Made by a program: the position numbers and the translations under genes. A stretch of DNA of 64,000 nucleotides from Octopus sinensis (taxonomy: Eukaryota), in the NCBI RefSeq assembly GCF_006345805.1, contig NC_042998.1:160518001-160582000 (forward strand). Reading direction: 5' to 3'. The notes under the pieces were generated by a model, which was not told the DNA's origin, made no database searches, and saw only the letters and a program-made list of their open reading frames with translations. Within the stretch, counting starts at the first letter, position 1, and each line of letters opens with the position of its first letter. Of the stretch, positions 56,765 through 64,000 are shown one piece after another.

Positions 56765-57167
56765 GGCGCAGGAGTGGCTGTGTGGTAAGTAGCTTGCTAA
56801 CCAACCACATGGCTCTGGGTTCAGTCCCACTGGGTGGCATCTTGGGCAAGTGTCTTCTGCTATAGCCCCGGGCCAACCAATGCCTTGTGAGTGGATTTGG
56901 TAGACGGAAACTGAAAGAAGCCTGTCGTATATATGTATATATATATATGTGTGTGTGTGTGTGTTTGTGTGTTTGTCCCCCTAGCATTGCTTGACAACCG
57001 ATGCTGGTGTGTTTACGTCCCCGTCACTTAGCGGTTCGGCAAAAGAGACCGATAAAATAAGTACTGGGCTTACAAAGAATAAGTCCCGGGGTCGATTTGC
57101 TCGACTAAAGGCGGTGCTCCAGCATGGCCGCAGTCAAATGACTGAAACAAGTAAAAGAGTAAAGAGT
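56765..57167 (+). mobile_element. Family A SINE, youngest-looking copy
   Basis: A-box TGGCTGTGTGG, B-box GGTTCAGTCCC, CpGs retained, (TAAAAGAG)-like tail. Confidence 0.92.
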
Positions 57168-57261
57168 AATTGTATGAATGGGTAGCCAATGTTGTACATG
57201 TGTACGCATAATTATTTTTTTCAATGGTAAAAACATACTGAAAAAGCAATGAGAAATATAT

Positions 57262-58206
57262 TTAACCATTTTGTTATATATGTGATTTTTTATTCAATTA
57301 ATTTTGAAAATAAGGAAGAATTTAGTAGAATAACTTTATCATTATGTAGCTAGTAGAGACCCCTTTTGATCATGAATGATCATGCAATTGCACCTAGAAA
57401 GTTCCCTTCCAAGACCCAAGTCTGGGTAAAGTTATTTGTGGAAGACCAGAAGTCACCTATGCATACCAGCCTCCCACCTCCATGCCACCAATGTTATCCA
57501 AGGGAAAGGCAAAAGCTGATACAGCTTGGCACCAGTGATGTTGCAACTCATTTCTACAGCTGAGTGAACTGGAGCAATGTGAAATAAAGTTTCTTGCTCA
57601 AGAACACAGCATGCAGCTCAGTCCAGGAATCAAACTTACTACTTCATGACTGTAAGCCTGATGCTCTAACCACTGAGCCATGTGCCTTTTTTATGATGCT
57701 AGTATCTCTCTCTATATAAACGGCAGTTTGTCTGTGCGTGTTTCTGTGTGTCTGTTTGCTTGTACCCTCACCCTGACCAGGGCTTTCAACCGATTCTGAT
57801 GAAACTTGACACACACATAGCCCAATGTCATAATTCAAAACTAACGCAGCGAAAATTTTGAAAAGTTCCCCCAGTTCTGAAAAAAATCGATAAATTCGAC
57901 ATGGGGTCGAGAATCAGAAACACAAACCGCAAACTGTCTAGGGGACGCAACTCCACCTTTTTTAACTCTCAAAAAAATTTACCATCATTTTTTTCCATTT
58001 TTTTGCTATTTTTGGGCTATAACTCTCTAAAAATGCTTTATAGTTATTTCCCTTACAAACCTGAGCAACGCCGGGCGATACTGCTAGTTTGGAACATAAA
58101 TCAATATGAAATTTGGTCAAAGATTTTAATTTAGGTCACTTTGTAACAGTAAGTTAGTATCAAAGAACCAGGGTAAGAGTCTCTAGCAGATTAACAAAAG
58201 GGTTAA
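57262..58206. mobile_element. piggyBac-like MITE interrupted by a family C SINE (57356-57690, -) and a Helitron
   Basis: TTAA|CCATTTTGTTA ... ACAAAAGGG|TTAA; flanking pieces match the reverse complement of 47957-48186. Confidence 0.75.
57705..58087 (+). mobile_element. Non-autonomous Helitron
   Basis: Inserted between A and T; starts TCTCTCTCTATATAAA; subterminal hairpin CCTGAGCAACGCCGGG (58060-58075); ends CTAG|T; CpG-rich. Confidence 0.88.
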
Positions 58207-58364
58207 ATGAAACTGAATTTGAGATCATGTTCTGCTGAGGTCAACTTTGCCTTTCATTCTTTTGGGGTTGATAAAATAAGAAACAGTTGAGTACTGGGGC
58301 GTTGATATAATCAATTCGTCCCTTCCTCTCAGGCATTGTGCCCATTGTAGAAAAGATTATGAGC

Positions 58365-58830
58365 TTAATGCATATGAATGAAGACAGTTGCATCAAGAGG
58401 TGCCAATCTCTAATTGTGGAAGGAACTTATGAAAAGAGTAGACCCAGGAAGATGTGGGACAAAGTTGGGAGAAGGGATCTTCAGATGTTGGGCTTCACAA
58501 GGGACCAAAACTCCTGGCGGTTTGCTGTGGTTGAGAACACATGTCAAGCTAAGTAAAAACATGATTGCTTGCATCCATCTCCAGCTGAGCGATCCTAATC
58601 TTGTGGGCTTGTGGGTGTTGGTGTCACCTAAAAAGCACCCATACTGGAGTCACATAAATGTACCCTTGCCAGTGCTGTGTAAAAGCACCCTATATTCTCT
58701 GTAAAGTGGTTGGCATTAGGAAGGGTATCCAGCCATAGACACCATGACAAAACAGACATGGAGTCTGGGTAGCTCCTGTCAAACCATCCAACCCATGCCA
58801 GCATGGAAACAGATGTTTAATGATGATGAA
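58365..58830 (+). mobile_element. Decayed RTE 3' end
   Basis: HMNEDSCIKRCQSLIVEGTYEKSRPRKMWDKV followed by the shared 3' UTR and (GAT)n. Confidence 0.8.
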
Positions 58831-60419
58831 AAAATGAAAGTTCATTCCAAATTTGCTTTCTTTGTAATGGTAGAGAACTGTCTTGATTTATTAACAGTTT
58901 GCTAATTTCTGTTCTAATGAGCAAGAGTAAGAAATGTTTTGTTTATATCCAAATAACAACCAAACAGCTGACAGAAAAATTCCATTTGAATAAACACCTA
59001 AGAAGTGTGTTTGTCTGCTTGATAACTAGACAAACCACCTTTAATATTCTGGCTATGAAAACTAAAATTAGCATTCTACACTGGAATTCACTCACTGATA
59101 GTTGCCCTGCTAAAAATGGATGTATCTATGAGCGTATGGAAATATTTGGTACTCACAGCTGTTTCCAAAAACATGGATGTAGGGGTGGATGCCTCCAAAG
59201 CAACAACAGCGGAATGAAAATAAAGCTCACTTCAAGTATTTAATATTATTTGACAAAGTGATGTCTGACAAGTGTTCTGACAGTTTTACATTTGATGTTC
59301 TCAGAAAACTATCTTACCTCATTTTCTAAGTTGTTATACAATGCAGCTAAAAAAGTACCATTGCCTCATTGCAAGGTGAAAGTTTTTATTTCAACTTTCT
59401 AATTCTCTCATTACTAATTTGTTCCATAACTGAAAAGATTTTGGAGAAGTTTACAAAAATAAATGCATCTTTTCTATTTACCTTGCAGCATCAAGTCATT
59501 TTACATTTTCTTCAGTGAAGAAATCCAAGCAAGTTTGAATGGAACATGTTGTTCATTGTTGTTGTTGCTGCTGCTGTTAAGGTGGCATACTGGCAGAATT
59601 GTTAGCACACCGGACAGAATTGTTAGCACACACTCAGAATGTAAGGACTGACAAAATGCTGCTAAGCATTTTGTCAGTCCTTACATTCTGAGTTAAAATT
59701 CTGTCAAGGCTGACTTTCATCCTTTCAGGGTTGATAAAATAGGTACCAGTTGAGGAATGGGGTCAATGTAATTAACTTCCTCTCTCTCAAACAATGCTGG
59801 CCTTGTGCCCAAATTTGAAACCATAACCCATGCTAGCATGGAAAGCGGACGTTAAACGATGATGATGATGATGTTGTTATTATCATTACCATCATCATCA
59901 AATTAGTAAATATTATTACTTTCAAAGCACTTGGGGTGGAAGGTGTAATCTATTTACAGATAATTGTTTATATTTTCCTTCTTGTGCATCTAGTCCATTT
60001 ACTTATTTTTATTTCTGTGACATTGCGCTTAATCAAAAGATTTCTTTGCATTGAATATTCTTGCATTGACTGTTGTTTCCACTTTTCATATAAAACATTT
60101 TTAGTAAACATTTGGAAAGTAATTTTATGAAAGAAAAATAACTCCCGTAACATGAGAAACATGAAGATTATTTTCATAACTTAATTAAGTAACAATTCAA
60201 CTTATTTTCTTAAGCATTTGTAAGACTGAAATGATTCTTGAATAACAGTTCTTATTGCAAGGAATCAATGAATCTGTGTGCTTGTGTGTGTCTTTGTGTT
60301 TGTCCCATCTGTCACTACTTGACAACTGGTGTTGGTTTGTTTACATCCCTATAACTCAACGGTTTGGTAGCAAAAGATACCACTAAAATAAGTACACTAT
60401 ACTAGATTCAATCATCATT

Positions 60420-61900
60420 TTAATTTCAGTAAACATAGGATTTTCTGGCTCCTCATTTGCATTTTTTAAAAGAATATTCCTTCAGCTTGTAATGGCAGAC
60501 AAACTGAAATAGCCCTTGAGCTAACTTTATTCTTGTTGAAATTATTAGTGCTTGGGCAGAAACTCAGTCCAAGCTACAAGACAGAGATATAGATTCCTGA
60601 CTACCTTTTGTGCTTTGCTCAAAATCTTTACTTAAAACATGGAACCTATTGGATGATAGAAATTGTTCTGACTGTTCATGTGAGAAGTCATAATTTTTAG
60701 TTGTCTTTCTGGGTGTAATCATTTTCTGGGTGGGTGATAGAATTTGAGTGACTTCTATGGTTTTTGTAGGTATTTGAAAAACCTTTATTTTCAGGAAAGG
60801 AACAAATTTATTGTTTCCAAGGCAAAATCTTAAATGTGCTTGCATCTTTGACTGATTAGATAAAAACTTCTCTGGAGTGTTTGCAATGACCAGTTCAAAT
60901 GCGTACACCAGGGCAAAAAGACCACAGTCATATGCATCAACTTGGGGATTAGTAATAGGAACTTGTTAAACTGTAGGAATTATGTTTGTGGTGAGTACAG
61001 CATTATTATTTGTGCTATTAGTTCCCATGGTACTGGTAAGTTCAAACTGTCATAAATATAAACATCTCTGAAAAAATTGGTTGACAAAACAAAATGACTG
61101 TTTCTGGGGTGGTGAATGAAGTGTGTATGGTGTGGACTGTATGTTAGAAATTCCATGTGAGAAAAAATGGTTGGTTGTATTGGAATTTCAGGAAAATCTT
61201 CTGTTATGATCTTCAACCTAGATTCAATAAGTTTGTCACATAACATTTGTCACGAAAGTAAAAATGACTTCTTATATTTCAAAGCAAATCTTCTCAACCA
61301 AAATGTTCCCTTGCCCACTGGTTCAGAGGAATGGGAAATCAGCTTTTTCAGCTTCTTTTCATTTTTTGTCTTCAGGGCTGAAATTTCCATTTTTTCAAAG
61401 TTCATAAAATAATTACACAAATAGTTCAAATGATTTTTAGAAGAACAAAATATCCTTAATGTCTGCACCAAGCAATACTAATTTTGAATGATAGTGTTCA
61501 ATAATAGCTTCCATTATGTGAAATGAATTGCTCTCACCAATCAGTTTAAACTTTTGAAGCAATGGATCATTAGGCTGTGATACACATATTTGTATATTTG
61601 ATGTAAGACCGTCTGGTTTAACTTTTTTTAGTTTGCATGTTTCCAGAAATGATAAATGGCTTTTGATTTTAGCACGAAAATGATTAAGTTTTTTAACCGA
61701 TAGAAATGTTGATTTCTCATTTTCTGATTCATATTTAAATGGTACAAAATCCCAGGATTGGGCTCAACGCTGGGGTCTAGCGAAACTAACAGGGCTGAGA
61801 AGTCAACTGTAAGAAGGAATAAAATGCAAAAGCTGTAATTTACATTACAGTTTTCCTTAGACACCCAATTGTTTAAGTAACTTCAGAATTTCTAAATGTT
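60420..61900 (-). pseudogene. N-terminal half of a decayed PLE polyprotein containing a Ulp1/SENP-like (C48) protease domain
   Basis: In order on the - strand: DPSVEPNPG (61777-61751); HLSFLETCKLKKVKPDGL (61658-61605); LCDKLI..SHFVLST..VYIYDSL (61246-60980); QVDAYDCGLFA..NQSKMQAHLRFCL..PF (60944-60795); GLSFCP (60570-60553); LFQFVCHYKLKEY (about 60510-60474). Confidence 0.8.
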
Positions 61901-62241
61901 CCGATTCTTATTCAGTGTAACATAAAATCAATCATCTCAATCTACTTCATTTTGATATTTTAAAAGGATTGCTGTAACCCTTCACAAAGGTAAATAGACA
62001 ATACAAAGAGCATGATGCAATTGCAATAGATATTTTATTGGTTGAATATTTCAACAGCAAGCCTGTCTTTATTGAGTTCAAAATGAAGTGATAAAAATTC
62101 AAAATTATAGAAATTCAAATCCAAAATATGAATGAGAGCAACCAGCATCTACACATTGATGGAATGACACCATCAGTCATCAAAGTTCAATTTTACAACC
62201 AGCAAAAAGAAAGAGAAAGAGAAAAGTAAAAAGAAGAATAT

Positions 62242-63400
62242 TTAATCAAACAGTTTTGTGCAAATTTGATGAAATTCTCCTGTCATTTTATTTATTCCTC
62301 CAGGGTGTTGTGTTAATAACCTGCAAACATATTTCACCTTATGCATTTTGAGTACTGAAAGTGTGGCAGATTCAAAATATTTTCTGTGAATATACACTTT
62401 CAAGTCTTTTTCAATATTGCAGTTGTTTGATGCAAAATGTTTGGCAAGTTCTGTCGAACTACTGTTATTGTGCCTGACGTCATATCTGTGCCCATTAAAT
62501 CTTTTGTTTAATTGTTCTGTTGTACAATCAACATAAGTTAAGTTGTGTTTCATGCATTCTGCTGCATACACCAAATGAGAATCTCTACAAGTCCCACCTT
62601 CTGTATAAATCATAACATTTTGTGTCCAAAACTTCAATGCTAGTTTTTGAAAAACTAGATAAATTTTATGTTGGATTTAAGGCCATAGTTTTTAGCATAA
62701 TAGTCTCAGAAATGCAAGAAGTCAATAAAACTGTCCTGTGATCATTCCCATCAATGAACCGTAACCAGAGTATTGGTTCATGTCCATGTCGGGATTTGAA
62801 TATCTTCAGCAACTGTGTCTCGAATTTCATCCTGAAGACATTAGTAAAATTAAGTGCCATGGGGGTACCCAACATGCAACCCCTTGTCCGGTGGTAAAAT
62901 TTACTTTGTAACATAAACTTCAGTAACCTACAGAGAAAATTTGATGGAATACTTTTGTTTGACAGATTTTCAAAGGCATTCATGCATGCTCCTACCCTTT
63001 CATCATGGTCAATATTGGGATATAAGGAAGAAACATTCATGGTTAGTTTTTAACATGGCTTTGGTGCTTAAAAAAGTTGTTGATTTTAGACACAAAATCA
63101 AAAGTATCTCAAATATAGGAACTTGATCATTTTGTGACAGGGACTAGAAAGCCATCCAGCCATTCCGAAAGTTTGGCTGAACAACAATCATATCCACTGC
63201 AAATTGGGTGCATTGGAGGAAATCTTTTGAACTTTTTGTGTATTTTGGGGAGACTATAAAATACAGGTGTTCTTTCTGATTGTAAAATCCCAGATTCGGC
63301 CTTATTAATGAAATGTTTTCCTCAGTTTTCATTAAAAGCACACCTCTGTGACAGCAAAAAATTGGGTGGTAAAAGAATTGAGTGTTTTGATATGGATGGT
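62242..63400 (-). mobile_element. C-terminal half of a decayed PLE (RT plus GIY-YIG endonuclease, Neptune-like), internally deleted
   Basis: PKIHK remnant near 63240; NVSSLYPNI; G..GTPMA.NFTNVF; WLRFID; then C.DSHLVYAAEC.KH..TYV..T..LNKRFNGHRYD..ELAKHF..L.T..P.GIN. Confidence 0.9.
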
Positions 63401-63639
63401 AAACAGAACTAATGTATTAAGTCTTTAGAAAATGTAAAAGTTGTATTGAAAAATTGAAAAGATAGTTTTACCTTTTTTATTTTATGTTGTAATTATGTTT
63501 TTTAATTTGCTATAATTAGTTTGTGTAGTACTTTTTTGATTTTATGTGAAATAAAAACAAAACCAAAAGGCTTTTGCACAGAACAACTAGCATTATCTTA
63601 TAGGTACCAAAAGTAAAAAGTTATCTTCTTGCATCATAC

Positions 63640-64000
63640 TGACTCATAAGGACTGGTTTCCATGGCATATAAATTTCCCACCTGGAGGGGAAATACTCAT
63701 TTTTGTCAGCTGAGTGGACTGGAGCAGTATGAAAAGAAGTGTTTTTTGCTCAAGAACATAACATGTTGCCTGGTCCAGGAATCAAAACCACAATCTTACA
63801 ATTATGAGTCTAATACCCTAACCGCTAAGCCATGTGCCTCCATCATAGTTTCCTTCTTAAGTCATGCCAACTCAAAAGAACTGGTTTCTTAGTTTCCATG
63901 GCATATAAATTCCCCACCTGGATGGGATGCTGGTCCATCGCAGGATTATTTTTGCCAGCTGAGTGAGATGAAGTGTTTTGCACAAGAAAGCAATGTATCA
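63640..64000 (-). mobile_element. Family C SINE plus a second partial copy
   Basis: GTTTCCATGGCATATAAATT.CCCACCTGGA and CAGCTGAGTG repeated at about 63655 and 63892; matches 42640-42880. Confidence 0.75.

Noticed and set aside
56765-56840. tRNA gene (A and B boxes)
   Set aside because: Head of a multi-copy SINE; no complete cloverleaf.
57795-57815. CTGATGAAAC as a hammerhead core in the Helitron
   Set aside because: No room for stem II and no flanking stems; it reads as ordinary Helitron internal sequence.
62150-62190. Minus-strand hairpin TGATGG..CCATCA after TTGATGA in the PLE 3' UTR (hammerhead or SECIS candidate)
   Set aside because: Lacks the GAAA core and lacks the SECIS apical AA and closing GA geometry.

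Overview
AT-rich, microsatellite-dense eukaryotic DNA. The SINE and RTE repeat families look like those of an octopus (coleoid cephalopod) genome; this is inferred from repeat style, not from a search. The only host coding sequence I can support is one exon of mitochondrial ribosomal protein S16 (MRPS16, 23268-23535, +). I could not find its downstream exon in the following 40 kb. The rest is intronic or intergenic sequence full of transposable elements: three tRNA-derived SINE families, at least three RTE-clade LINE lineages, mariner and Tigger relics, hAT, piggyBac-like and foldback MITEs, Helitrons, and three Penelope-like element (PLE) remnants. The most notable item is a decayed PLE at 60.4-63.4 kb (-). 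Its ORF carries a Ulp1/SENP-type (C48) cysteine protease domain between two conserved PLE N-terminal motifs, preceded by a 2A-like motif. There are also two type I hammerhead ribozyme folds (10228-10339 and 25894-25949). Most entries in the ORF track are repeat or microsatellite artefacts. TE boundaries are approximate unless a TIR or TSD is quoted.
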